Below are positions 38,215-48,011 of a DNA stretch of 54,241 nucleotides, piece after piece; the first letter of the stretch is position 1; the number at the start of each line of letters is the position of its first letter. The notes under the pieces are model-generated. The model was not told the origin of the DNA and did no database searches. It was given only the letters and a program-made list of their open reading frames with translations. The stretch lies in assembly GCA_949878595.1 (NCBI GenBank), contig CATLBG010000001.1, positions 1-54,241 of the forward strand. The letters run 5' to 3'. The DNA is from an uncultured Clostridia bacterium. GTDB taxonomy: Bacteria > Bacillota > Clostridia > Christensenellales > UBA1242. The position numbers were made by a program, and so were the translations under genes.

Positions 38215-41200
38215 ATGGGTAAAAAAGTCGCTGTAAAAAGAACTCAAAAAACTCAAAAGAATTCAAAAATTTCAAAGAAGAAAAAGATTATAATTTCAGC
38301 AGTTTCTGCCTTTTTGGCAATAGCTTTAATATTATCAATTGCATTACCTTTGGGTCTTAGAAAACCTAAAGATGTTCTCTTTAAAATTCCTGCATTAAAT
38401 TTGCCAATAGAGGAACAATATGCTCTTCAAAAGTTTGACTTAGATAAGCTTGAAGACACAATTACAACTCTTCGTGCAGACACAATGAATGTTACAAAAA
38501 GGGGCGTAAGAAGAGAGCTTGGCACAAAGGTTTTTGATGATAGCTATAAATTAACCTATGGCACAGATAGCATTTCAATTGACTTTATGGGGCATTATCC
38601 TAGCCCTAGTCATGGCTTTAGTGGAAACTCTGCTGACTATTTAGAAGAAGCAAAAAAAATGTTTCCATCAGATTCAGATGCTATTGCACTTCAAAAATAT
38701 AGTTTTTTCTATAAATATATGCTTATGTCACAAGGCTATAATGAAGTGTTTGATTTGCAAAAATTATCACAAAGCTTGGTTGATGGTTCAAAAGAAGAGT
38801 ATGCAAAAAATCTTTATAAACACCCAGCAGCAGATGCTCAATATGGCGAAGTTTTGGGAGAAAATAATGCCGTTGTTAAAGAGATAACTCTAGACACAAT
38901 ATATCGTTCGCTTCATGCAACAGGACTATATATGCCAGCTGGCGAAGTTGTTACTGTTAAGGTGGAAGGTTTAAAAGAGGGCGAACATATCTCTATGGTC
39001 ATTGGCAGGCAAAACTCTTTGGCTTGGAGGGGTGAAGCTGCTTCTCAGGGGACAAACACAACAGGCAAAGATAACTTTTTCTTTAATGCCGACATTATTA
39101 CCGCTAGGGGCGGATTTAGCGATGCAAATAAATTTAGTTATTCAGAAACAGGTGATGTTATTGGACACAAATTTATTCAAAGTCAGTGGGGCAGACAAAA
39201 TGGCAGAATGCCATGGCTAACAGCAGAGTTCACATTTAATCAAAATGGAACTTATTATATTGGCACACCTTATGGTGGAATAATGCACATTGGCATGGGC
39301 AACACTTATTCAAAAGTAAAAACAACCATAAGTGGTGCAGTTGAAACACCTCACTATATTTTGGGCGTAACAACTCCAGATTATTTTGAAACATATCTTA
39401 AGGATGCACCTGGCGTTGTTGGTGTTATGGATACAGAAAATGGTCAGCTTATTGGATTAACAGGCGAAGCGGGAACAGAACTATATATGCGTCAAATAAA
39501 AAAAGAAGATGTTCAAAAGCTTGCAATGCTTTGGCATTCATTCTTTGCAGTAAACGAGTCGTTTACTGGCGGAACATATAACAGAGGCAACATTGTTATG
39601 TTTGACTGGCACGTTCCGGCTGGTGCAGCGGTTGCACTTGGTGGATATACCTATGCTTGTCCAACTGGCTGGTTTAATAATGCAATGAACTATAGAGGAT
39701 TGCTAACAGCTGGTCAGTGGGGAATTTTGCATGAAGTTGGTCACAGCCATGGTGCAGCATATGGTTCAATTTGGGGCTTTGGTACCGCAAGAGAAGGCGA
39801 AGTTAGAAATAACGCTCTAACACTTTTAAGTTACATTTTGTTCTGCGATGTTGGAACAACAATCAGAATGGGTGGCGGAGCAGAACATGGAATGTATGCA
39901 AATCCATATTCAACACTTTCTGAAACACTGAAATTTCCAAGTCAAGTTCACAATGACTTTGATGATGGCACCTATGGCTATTTTCAGTGTTTGGGGATGT
40001 ATTCAAACATAATGCACTCATTTGGTGCAGAAAAATATTATGAGCTTTTATACACTTATAAAAATAATCCAAACTTTGTTACAGTAAACACTGCGGGACT
40101 CAATGAAACTGATAGAAATCGCAAACTTGCTCTTGCAAAACGTGCAGACTTTGCCTATAGATGCTCAACCGTTTTTGGCATGGATTTTAGAAAATATTTT
40201 AACACTTTCTATGCCGCAAATATTGACAATAGCATGTTCACAAAAGAGCAACTTAGTGAAATGAACAAGCTTCCAAAATATGAGCCAATTTCATGTTTTT
40301 ATGCTGGTGGAATAGACGGCGTTAAAACTTCTGGCGACTATGTTGTTGCATATGGCGATGATATTGTTTTTGACTTATTGGAAAAAACAATAAGCTCACT
40401 TGACAAAGATGGCAAAAAAGGTTTTGAGATTTTATCAGGGGCAAAGGCAACTCATGGAAAAATTAAAGAACTAGAAAATGGCAAAATTGCCTATTCATTT
40501 AATCCGAAATATTTTGGAAATTGTGATGAAATCAAGTTTAAAGTTAAATTAAGTGATGGTGTTGTTCATGAGTTTACAATTTATTTAAGAATAAATTATA
40601 ACAGCACAAAACTTTCAACTTATTCTGATATAGAACCAATTTCAGGAAATTATTGGGATGCTGTTGATGAAATTATTAATACAAAAACACCAACAATTTC
40701 TTCAAATCCATATTCTTATATCCCAACCTATAAAACAGCAAAAGGCTGGGAAATTAAGGTTTCAGAGTTTTATTGGAAAGCTCCACGCACAGGCGAAGTA
40801 AATTTCAGTTTCAAACTTGACGATGGTTTACGATTCTATTTTGGAGAAAATTTTAACTCTTTAGAAGATCAAGGTTATTATAGCAGTTATTCAAGCAGTT
40901 GGGTTAAACATAGTAAAGCCTTTAAGGTTGAGTCAGGAAAATATTATGCTATAAAGCTTGTTAATGTTAATAAGGGTGGAAATGGATCTGCAGCAATTGG
41001 CTATAACTATTCAGGCGAAAACACTCAAAACATTGCAATTGCAGATGTCTTTAATCCAAATTATCCTCATGGAGAATATCACGAAGATTATAATCCTAAG
41101 AAAACAAACATAGAAACTTTTGTTTTTGAGCCATCATATTTGGTATCAAAAAAAGACGGAATTTCTGTTTCAACCACAGGCACCGACAAGGGTAGGTGGC

Positions 41201-42810
41201 AAGTTTTAAAGGCATCAAAAGTTAGTGATACGGAAAATAATAAAGATTATATTAATGGCAATAGAATAACAACCATTACAAGGACAGAGGTTGTAAGAGA
41301 TGAAAACGGAAACCCAGTTATGCGACCTGACGGAACTTTTGAAACTCAAAACTTTACGCTTGAAGTTGACCAATGGTCATATCTTGTTGATGGCGACTTA
41401 TCAAACTATTTGCATACTGTTTATGGAAAATATCCTGCAGAGAGTTTTGCAAGTGAAGCCGATCCATTTGAGTTTATTATTGACACAGGCAGAGAACAGT
41501 CATTTAACTACTTTAAGGTTATAACCAGAACTGGTGCACTTGGAGTTTCAAAAATAACAAAATATGAGCTTCAAATTTCAAGTGATGGAAACACTTATAC
41601 CACCATTTCAAAGGGTGATGAACTTGCTTATAAAAACAATATTGCAACCTTGAAATTTGACACAGTAACAGGAAGATATTTCAGACTTCTTGTTAAAGAT
41701 ACCACAGGAAATGCTGGAAAATTTGTTGTTATTGCAGAGCTTGATGCGGGCATAGAGTCAAAAACACAAAGACTTATTCCATCAACCAGCTCACTTCTAT
41801 TCACAACAAAACACTGGAAAAATTCTTCAGATATTTCAAGTGAACAAAGCGGGTTTATGATTGCTGAAAGAAAGCGTCAAAAAATGGTTGTTAGATTTAA
41901 TGGTGAAAACCTTGCACTTTATGCAGCCGTTGGCAAAGATTTTGGAATGGCTGACATAAAGCTTGACGGAAAATATTATACAACAATAGACTTTAGCAGC
42001 GACATTGCAGAGTCAAGAAAATTAATGTTAAATCTTGAAAAATTGGAGGATAAAACTCATACGCTAGAAATTATAACAAAGTCTTCAGGGAGGGTAATGA
42101 TATATATGCTTGGAATCAACTATACATCAGAGCTTATTAATGCACCAAATATTTATTTAGAAAAAGCACTAACTATTTCGCTTATTATTTTTGTTGTTCT
42201 ATTTGCAGCACTTCTTGCATTTGCATTATGTTTGTTATTTATTCCAAAATTTAGAAAACTTATGGGAAATAACAGATGCATTGCTTGGCTTGACAGAAAG
42301 ATTGAAGAAGATAGAGCAAAACGAAAAGTTAAAAGAGCAGAGAAAAAAAAGGCAAAAGCAGAAGCCAAAGCTATTGAGCAACATAAAAATGCTAGCGTGA
42401 ATGCAAAGCAAAAAGTCGACTCAAAAAAGGTTGAAAAACCACAGCAGAAACCACATGATAAAACATCAACCAAAGCTGAAACAAAATCTAACAGCAAACC
42501 AGTGGCAAAGGTTCAACCTAAGACTGCAAATAAATCTGCTGAAAATTCTTCAAAAAAAGTAGATAGTAAACCTATAAACAAAAAGGTTCAAACAGCTCCA
42601 AATAGTGAGGCTGCAAAATCTACTAAACAGGCAAATAAAAATGCAGCAAAGACAACAAACAGTATATCAAAACCTGTTAGCAAATCAGCAGCTTCCGTAT
42701 CTAAAACTCCTGCAAAACAGGCGTCAAAGCCAACAGAGAAGAAAATGGTTAATAAAGCTGCTAGTAATGCAAAAACAGCAAAAACTTTAGCAAAAAATAC
42801 AAAAAAATAG
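38215..42810 (+). CDS. Large surface M60-like (enhancin-type) zinc metallopeptidase with PA14-like and F5/8 type C (discoidin) domains, N- and C-terminal TM anchors, and a Lys-rich tail
   Basis: HEVGH zincin motif at 39730-39744, with a downstream Glu (REGEVRNNALT). PA14-like GEVNFSFKLDDGLRFYFGE. Discoidin-like FNYFKVITRTG...GRYFRLLVKD. TM helices near aa 25-47 and aa 1318-1344. The tail of about 190 aa is rich in K/A/S. Confidence 0.8.
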   Translation: MGKKVAVKRTQKTQKNSKISKKKKIIISAVSAFLAIALILSIALPLGLRKPKDVLFKIPALNLPIEEQYALQKFDLDKLEDTITTLRADTMNVTKRGVRRELGTKVFDDSYKLTYGTDSISIDFMGHYPSPSHGFSGNSADYLEEAKKMFPSDSDAIALQKYSFFYKYMLMSQGYNEVFDLQKLSQSLVDGSKEEYAKNLYKHPAADAQYGEVLGENNAVVKEITLDTIYRSLHATGLYMPAGEVVTVKVEGLKEGEHISMVIGRQNSLAWRGEAASQGTNTTGKDNFFFNADIITARGGFSDANKFSYSETGDVIGHKFIQSQWGRQNGRMPWLTAEFTFNQNGTYYIGTPYGGIMHIGMGNTYSKVKTTISGAVETPHYILGVTTPDYFETYLKDAPGVVGVMDTENGQLIGLTGEAGTELYMRQIKKEDVQKLAMLWHSFFAVNESFTGGTYNRGNIVMFDWHVPAGAAVALGGYTYACPTGWFNNAMNYRGLLTAGQWGILHEVGHSHGAAYGSIWGFGTAREGEVRNNALTLLSYILFCDVGTTIRMGGGAEHGMYANPYSTLSETLKFPSQVHNDFDDGTYGYFQCLGMYSNIMHSFGAEKYYELLYTYKNNPNFVTVNTAGLNETDRNRKLALAKRADFAYRCSTVFGMDFRKYFNTFYAANIDNSMFTKEQLSEMNKLPKYEPISCFYAGGIDGVKTSGDYVVAYGDDIVFDLLEKTISSLDKDGKKGFEILSGAKATHGKIKELENGKIAYSFNPKYFGNCDEIKFKVKLSDGVVHEFTIYLRINYNSTKLSTYSDIEPISGNYWDAVDEIINTKTPTISSNPYSYIPTYKTAKGWEIKVSEFYWKAPRTGEVNFSFKLDDGLRFYFGENFNSLEDQGYYSSYSSSWVKHSKAFKVESGKYYAIKLVNVNKGGNGSAAIGYNYSGENTQNIAIADVFNPNYPHGEYHEDYNPKKTNIETFVFEPSYLVSKKDGISVSTTGTDKGRWQVLKASKVSDTENNKDYINGNRITTITRTEVVRDENGNPVMRPDGTFETQNFTLEVDQWSYLVDGDLSNYLHTVYGKYPAESFASEADPFEFIIDTGREQSFNYFKVITRTGALGVSKITKYELQISSDGNTYTTISKGDELAYKNNIATLKFDTVTGRYFRLLVKDTTGNAGKFVVIAELDAGIESKTQRLIPSTSSLLFTTKHWKNSSDISSEQSGFMIAERKRQKMVVRFNGENLALYAAVGKDFGMADIKLDGKYYTTIDFSSDIAESRKLMLNLEKLEDKTHTLEIITKSSGRVMIYMLGINYTSELINAPNIYLEKALTISLIIFVVLFAALLAFALCLLFIPKFRKLMGNNRCIAWLDRKIEEDRAKRKVKRAEKKKAKAEAKAIEQHKNASVNAKQKVDSKKVEKPQQKPHDKTSTKAETKSNSKPVAKVQPKTANKSAENSSKKVDSKPINKKVQTAPNSEAAKSTKQANKNAAKTTNSISKPVSKSAASVSKTPAKQASKPTEKKMVNKAASNAKTAKTLAKNTKK

Positions 42811-42864
42811 TAAAAAATTAATTAAAATGAAGCTATTTTTGCATTTTAACGAGTTTTTGTAAAT

Positions 42865-42895
42865 AAAAAGACTGTGATTATTTCACAGTCTTTTT
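42865..42895. terminator. Bidirectional terminator
   Basis: AAAAAGACTGTGA-TTATT-TCACAGTCTTTTT. Confidence 0.8.
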
Positions 42896-43415
42896 ATATT
42901 ATTTCTTTTTTCTTTAAAACTCGCTCTAAATATTCCCCTTGTTTTATAACAATCCTTTCATAATTTACTGCAGAATTAAAAAGTTTAATTAGAGAATCAA
43001 ATTCAACTCTGCGTCGTTCAATAAATTCTGGACTATTTCCTCTAGCAATAAAACGGCTTTCATATTCTGCAAAGTTGTTGCCTTCTGGCATAACCAAAAT
43101 TAAATTGACGTTTTTTATTTTTGATTTAAATTCTTCGCTATCATAAGCCCTAAAAACATGTTCAATTAGTGGCGAGATAACAATCTTTCCATCATCTAAA
43201 TATTTTATTGCGTCATTTAAGAAATTTGCTGGATAGCTTGGGTTCTCACTTCTAAGGGAAACATTTCCTTTTCTTTGCTCAAGAGGAAGATGAGCTATTG
43301 ATTTGTCATAAATATATTTATAGTCTTGAAAATCAAAATCTATTATATTTTTATATTTTTAAGATAGCTCTGTTTTTCCAGTTCCCATATAAGCAAGCAC
43401 TAAATATTTTTTCAT
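42894..43415 (-). pseudogene. P-loop NTPase/kinase-like gene interrupted by a single in-frame TAA
   Basis: ATG at 43415 overlaps the HIT gene stop (ATGA) and follows a GGAGAA RBS. Translation is MKKYLVLAYMGTGKTELS, then TAA at 43359-43361. The same frame is open for all 154 remaining codons to 42894; I checked this codon by codon. Confidence 0.7.
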
Positions 43416-43912
43416 AATTTCTCCTTATTTAATTTTTCTTTTAACATTTTGCAAGTTTCTGCAATCAATTTAATATTTTCCGGTGTTCTCATATTTGCCA
43501 TAGCATATTCTTGAATTTGTTTCATGCTAGAAACAACTCTTCCAAATTTTTCACTCATCCAATCATGACGAGGGAATAACGACATATGAAAGTGAACATC
43601 ACTTCGTTCGCCTTGAAGCAAAATAAATTCTTTTGCTATGCCAATATCCTTAAGTGTTTTTAGCACTTTGTCAATCAGCATAACAAACTCAAATTTTTCA
43701 GTCTCGCTAAATTCATTAATGCTGCTGACATGTCTTTTAGTTGAAATAATAATGAAGCCATTAATAGGCACTTCAAAATCTTGTGCGACCATAAAATAAT
43801 CATTTTGATAGATCACTCCACCAAAAAGTTCAAGTTCACCTTTGTTAAGCGTGCATGCCATGCAGCCTTCAAATTCTTGTTCTTTGCCAGTTAAATCAAT
43901 AATCTTTTTCAT
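43412..43912 (-). CDS. HIT-family (histidine triad-like) protein
   Basis: An N-terminal Cys pair (GCMAC), then DVHFHMSLFPR, a variant triad H-x-H-x-S. The size and layout are HIT-like. Confidence 0.75.
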   Translation of the reverse strand: MKKIIDLTGKEQEFEGCMACTLNKGELELFGGVIYQNDYFMVAQDFEVPINGFIIISTKRHVSSINEFSETEKFEFVMLIDKVLKTLKDIGIAKEFILLQGERSDVHFHMSLFPRHDWMSEKFGRVVSSMKQIQEYAMANMRTPENIKLIAETCKMLKEKLNKEKL

Positions 43913-43939
43913 ATATCTCCTTATAAAATAATACAGTGT

Positions 43940-44494
43940 TTAATAGTCTGTTCTTAGTTCATAAATAATTATTTTTTCATTATTAATGCCGACTTCTTTG
44001 TCAAATAAGGCAAATTCAACAATTACATTCTGCAGTTCATTCTTTGCGATGAATTCATAAATTTCATTAAAATGAGGTATGGTTTCAAGTGTTTTATTGT
44101 TAAAAATGTCAGTGTTTATATTTTGGTCTGGGTCTTTGTATGCATCACGAAGTGAATAATTTTTGTTTGTGGAGTAAATTAAACTAATATTTGAGTTTGA
44201 AATTAAAATTTCGCCCACCATTAGTTGATTTTGTGTATAATTGAAAGAGCTCACATTAATTGAAAATAAAGAATATTCTTTAATTTCATTTAATATATCT
44301 TTTTTTTCAACTTTAAATTTCGCAACTCCACCAGCCTTTGTCTTGTCTCTAATTGCATAATACTTTGCAGGAAATCTATCAATAAATTCTAAAACTTTTT
44401 CATCTTCTCCGCTATTAAAAATCTTTTCTGGAAAGCGATTTAGGTTTAGTTGTTCAATCATGGTGGAACTCTCAATTTTATTATAAATTTTCAT
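43940..44494 (-). CDS. Hypothetical protein (184 aa)
   Basis: GGAGAAAG RBS and an intact ORF. No recognisable domain. Confidence 0.6.
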   Translation of the reverse strand: MKIYNKIESSTMIEQLNLNRFPEKIFNSGEDEKVLEFIDRFPAKYYAIRDKTKAGGVAKFKVEKKDILNEIKEYSLFSINVSSFNYTQNQLMVGEILISNSNISLIYSTNKNYSLRDAYKDPDQNINTDIFNNKTLETIPHFNEIYEFIAKNELQNVIVEFALFDKEVGINNEKIIIYELRTDY

Positions 44495-44514
44495 TTCGCT
44501 TTCTCCATATAATT

Positions 44515-45276
44515 TTAATCTAATGCATTGCTTACGGCTATTGCAAAAATCTTTGCATGCTCGCTTGTGTTTGCTAGGTCATGAGGAATGCCTTGGAGTT
44601 TAATCATTTTTTTATCACAAGTGAGCTGGTTGTAGAAATTTTCATTATTGTTAATATGATATTCACTATCGGCAAGCCCAACAACTATTGCTGTTTTAGC
44701 TTTTATATTTTTTATATTTTCTGATAAATCATATTTTTCAAGGTCGTCAAGATAATTCTTTCTAATAAGAAATGATTTTCCTGTGCTTTTAGAAACTTGC
44801 TTATAAAAGCCGGTTTTTAAAATTTCATCTCGTCGCTTATTCTGATTTGCTTCAAATTTTCCATTTAACCAAGAAAGGTTTGCAGTTAAAAGAAAATCAA
44901 CTTTATTTGGAAACATGCTTGCAAAAAGAGTGCAAGCCACAGCCCCCATAGATTGCCCAGCCAAAGAAAATGGCTCTCTATAAAACGATTGTGTTTTTGC
45001 CCATTGAATTGTATCCTCCAAATCGGCGTAGTGTCCAGAAAAGGTTATACCACTTTCACTTTTATCACTTTCATTATTTGAATCGCAAGCATCTATGTTT
45101 ACAACATTATATCCATGCTCTGCAAAAACCTTTTCAAGTACAGCCATATGCGGATAATCTTTTCTTGCACCAAGCCCATGTTCTAAAAACACAAGCCTGC
45201 TTCTATTATCGGCAATATTTAACTTAATAGAAAGATTTAATTTACTTCTATTTTTTATAAAAACAATTTTTTCCAT
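44515..45276 (-). CDS. Alpha/beta-fold hydrolase
   Basis: HGLGA oxyanion region, GQSMGA nucleophile elbow, and a C-terminal GIPHD (His). Confidence 0.8.
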   Translation of the reverse strand: MEKIVFIKNRSKLNLSIKLNIADNRSRLVFLEHGLGARKDYPHMAVLEKVFAEHGYNVVNIDACDSNNESDKSESGITFSGHYADLEDTIQWAKTQSFYREPFSLAGQSMGAVACTLFASMFPNKVDFLLTANLSWLNGKFEANQNKRRDEILKTGFYKQVSKSTGKSFLIRKNYLDDLEKYDLSENIKNIKAKTAIVVGLADSEYHINNNENFYNQLTCDKKMIKLQGIPHDLANTSEHAKIFAIAVSNALD

Positions 45277-45278
45277 AG

Positions 45279-45581
45279 TTAGTCCTGAATCTTGTCAGTT
45301 TCATTTTCTTCAGTTTTAATTTGAGAATCTGTTTGAAAATCATTTTTATTTTTTAGTTTAAATAATTTAATTAAATGATAAGAGTTCACAATAACTAATA
45401 GCCCATTCAAAATAGCGGTGCTTATTGCTGGAAGCAGAGCCCCATAAACTACAAAAATAATTGAACCAATGATGTTTGTAATTCTCATCCAAACATCACC
45501 CTTCCAAGAACTTGTGTTTATAGACATAGAAATCAAAATAATAATTGTAGAACAAATACCAATAGCTTCAACATGCCACAT
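45279..45581 (-). CDS. Small 3-TM membrane protein (SemiSWEET/YgjV-like architecture suspected)
   Basis: Three hydrophobic helices; VVYGALLPAISTAILNGLLVIVN resembles the YG...N pattern of PQ-loop/YgjV-type proteins. The functional call is weak. Confidence 0.55.
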   Translation of the reverse strand: MWHVEAIGICSTIIILISMSINTSSWKGDVWMRITNIIGSIIFVVYGALLPAISTAILNGLLVIVNSYHLIKLFKLKNKNDFQTDSQIKTEENETDKIQD

Positions 45582-45602
45582 AATAATCTCCTAAAATTTA
45601 TA

Positions 45603-46061
45603 TTATTTTGGTGGAAAAATTTTGCTCTTATAATAAGGCAAATTTAGATTTTTAACTTCTGCATAAACACTTTCCGTTTCTGTTTTAATCCAGCTAATAT
45701 CTATTCTTTTTTCTGCTAATTGACTTAATATAATTTCACCAGTTTTTACATAGTCATTTTTGTATTTTGTGTTAATATTCTTCCAGTTAATGCCAGCAAA
45801 GCATTTAGCAACTTCATTATTAAATTTGATGTTTCCTTCAAGCATCATTACTGCTAAAATAGGATAGCCAATAGTTTGTTTCCAATAAGACATATTGTCG
45901 TTAGAAATGTAAGTATTGTTAGTTTTTGTTATAGTATATTTTTTTGAGTAATCAGAAGATTCTACAAAAATCCTGTCAGCCTCAAAAGTAATACGCCCAT
46001 CAGCAATTGCACTATAAGCTTCATATAGCTTTTCTATTATAGGGATTTTATAGTTTGCCAT
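45603..46061 (-). CDS. Hypothetical protein (152 aa)
   Basis: GGAGGTAA RBS and an intact ORF. First gene of the minus-strand operon. Confidence 0.6.
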   Translation of the reverse strand: MANYKIPIIEKLYEAYSAIADGRITFEADRIFVESSDYSKKYTITKTNNTYISNDNMSYWKQTIGYPILAVMMLEGNIKFNNEVAKCFAGINWKNINTKYKNDYVKTGEIILSQLAEKRIDISWIKTETESVYAEVKNLNLPYYKSKIFPPK

Positions 46062-46220
46062 ATTACCTCCAAATTTATTATATCAAATCTACATAAATTA
46101 AAATAGCAAAAATTATATCAAAATCACAAAAATCTATTTTTTGCTTTAGAAAAATCTAATAAGTTAATATAATTTTTTGAAAAAAAATATTTTGGTGATA
46201 TAATCTAAGCAGGATTACTT

Positions 46221-48011
46221 ATGAAAAACAGAAAAAACAAGAGAAAAAATGTTTATTATGTTGCATTAAAATATCTACCTTTGCAAATTATTAGCATTGT
46301 TCTTTTGATTGCGTCACAATATTTAAATTCACTTATATCTTTGTTTTTGGGGCAAGCACTAGGAATTTTTGCTGGTGAAACAGAAATCTTTTTACCGGGA
46401 TTTTTAGCAGGGTTTATAGATACGACGAGCACATTAACAAAGCTAAAAACACTCAGCATTGTGTTTGTGCTGGTTGGTGTGGCAATGGTTGTTGCAAGAT
46501 TTGTCCGTACAATGTTTAGAAAATTATATAATCTTTCAGTTGAGTCAGAAACTGGTGCAATGTTTTTTAATCATGCAATAAGGCTTCCAAAATCTTATTT
46601 AACAAGTCATTCAACTGGTGACATTATTCAAAGAAATATTCAAGATTCAAAAAAATTTGCAACATGTGTTGGTGAGGCAGTTTTTGATGTTTTTTATTCC
46701 ATAACAACACTTGGTGTAACACTTTTTAATATATTCTATTTATCAAAAATTAATTTTTATGTTTCACTTTCAATTGTTATGATTGTTGTTGGATTTGAAA
46801 TAGTTTATTCACTTTTAGTTATCAGAAAGAGAGAAGAAAAACTTTCAGCTATGTGGTCTGAAATGGACTCAGTTACACAGCAGAGTTTTTCAAATATAAT
46901 GATGGTTAAATCTCATACTGGTGAAGATAGAGAGTATGAAAAACTCCGAAAAATGAATAACAAAACCACAATTGCACAATATGAGGTTGATCTTCTTTAT
47001 GCTAAATATTGGTCTATTATGGATATTTTGTCTGCGATTTATAATGTTTGTATGATAATTTTTGTTGGATATATGTTTTTAAAGGGAAGCATAACTTTTG
47101 GTATTACAACCAGTCTTATAATGTTTAATGAAGATATTTTAGACACTTCGTCAAAAATTATGGAAAGGATTAACAAATTTGTCAGAAACTCTGTTGCTGG
47201 CAAAAGATTGAATGAATACTTAAAAGAAGATGATGACTTTGTAACAAATGGAAGTTTAACTCCTGAGATTAATGGAAATATAGAATTTAAAAATGTTTCT
47301 ATGAAATATGATGGTGCAGAAAGTTATGTTTTACAAGATTTGAACTTTTCAGTTAATAATGGACAAAAAATAGGAATATTTGGTAAGTCTGGTAGTGGAA
47401 AATCTACTCTTTTAAATGTTCTTGCAAGATTAGATGAATATGAAGGTTCAATCAAGTTAGATGGAATTGAACTTAAAGATATTGAAAAACATCATCTAAG
47501 AGAAAATATTGGTTATGTCAATCAAGATTCATTTATTTTTAGCACTACAATTAAAGAAAATATAACTCAGCTTGTGGAAAGTGATGCTGACTATAAAACT
47601 TATGCAGAAAAGGTGTGTTTAGATTCTGACATAAAGAAATTTAATTCTGGCTATGACACAGTTATTGGTGAAAGGGGAGTTACACTTTCTGGTGGTCAAA
47701 GACAGAGAATTTCAATTGCCCGTTCACTCATAAAGAACAAGAATATTTTAATTTTAGATGATTGCTTAAGTGCAGTTGATAATACAGTTGCAAAAAAAAT
47801 AAGCAGCACTCTCAAAAGCAGTTCAAAAACAACTTTTATTGTGTCTCATAACCTTATGAATTTTATTGACGCTGATCTAATTTTAGTTATTGATAATGGA
47901 AAGATAGTTGATAGAGGAACACATGATCAACTAATCAATAAGAAGGGGATATATAAAAATATTTGGGCTCTCCAACAGCAACTGAAGGAGGTTCAAAATG
48001 AAGAAAAATAA
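46221..48011 (+). CDS. ABC exporter, fused permease/ATPase (heterodimer subunit 1)
   Basis: 6-TM N-terminal domain, Walker A GKSGSGKST, signature LSGGQRQR, Walker B ILILDD. Confidence 0.9.
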   Translation: MKNRKNKRKNVYYVALKYLPLQIISIVLLIASQYLNSLISLFLGQALGIFAGETEIFLPGFLAGFIDTTSTLTKLKTLSIVFVLVGVAMVVARFVRTMFRKLYNLSVESETGAMFFNHAIRLPKSYLTSHSTGDIIQRNIQDSKKFATCVGEAVFDVFYSITTLGVTLFNIFYLSKINFYVSLSIVMIVVGFEIVYSLLVIRKREEKLSAMWSEMDSVTQQSFSNIMMVKSHTGEDREYEKLRKMNNKTTIAQYEVDLLYAKYWSIMDILSAIYNVCMIIFVGYMFLKGSITFGITTSLIMFNEDILDTSSKIMERINKFVRNSVAGKRLNEYLKEDDDFVTNGSLTPEINGNIEFKNVSMKYDGAESYVLQDLNFSVNNGQKIGIFGKSGSGKSTLLNVLARLDEYEGSIKLDGIELKDIEKHHLRENIGYVNQDSFIFSTTIKENITQLVESDADYKTYAEKVCLDSDIKKFNSGYDTVIGERGVTLSGGQRQRISIARSLIKNKNILILDDCLSAVDNTVAKKISSTLKSSSKTTFIVSHNLMNFIDADLILVIDNGKIVDRGTHDQLINKKGIYKNIWALQQQLKEVQNEEK

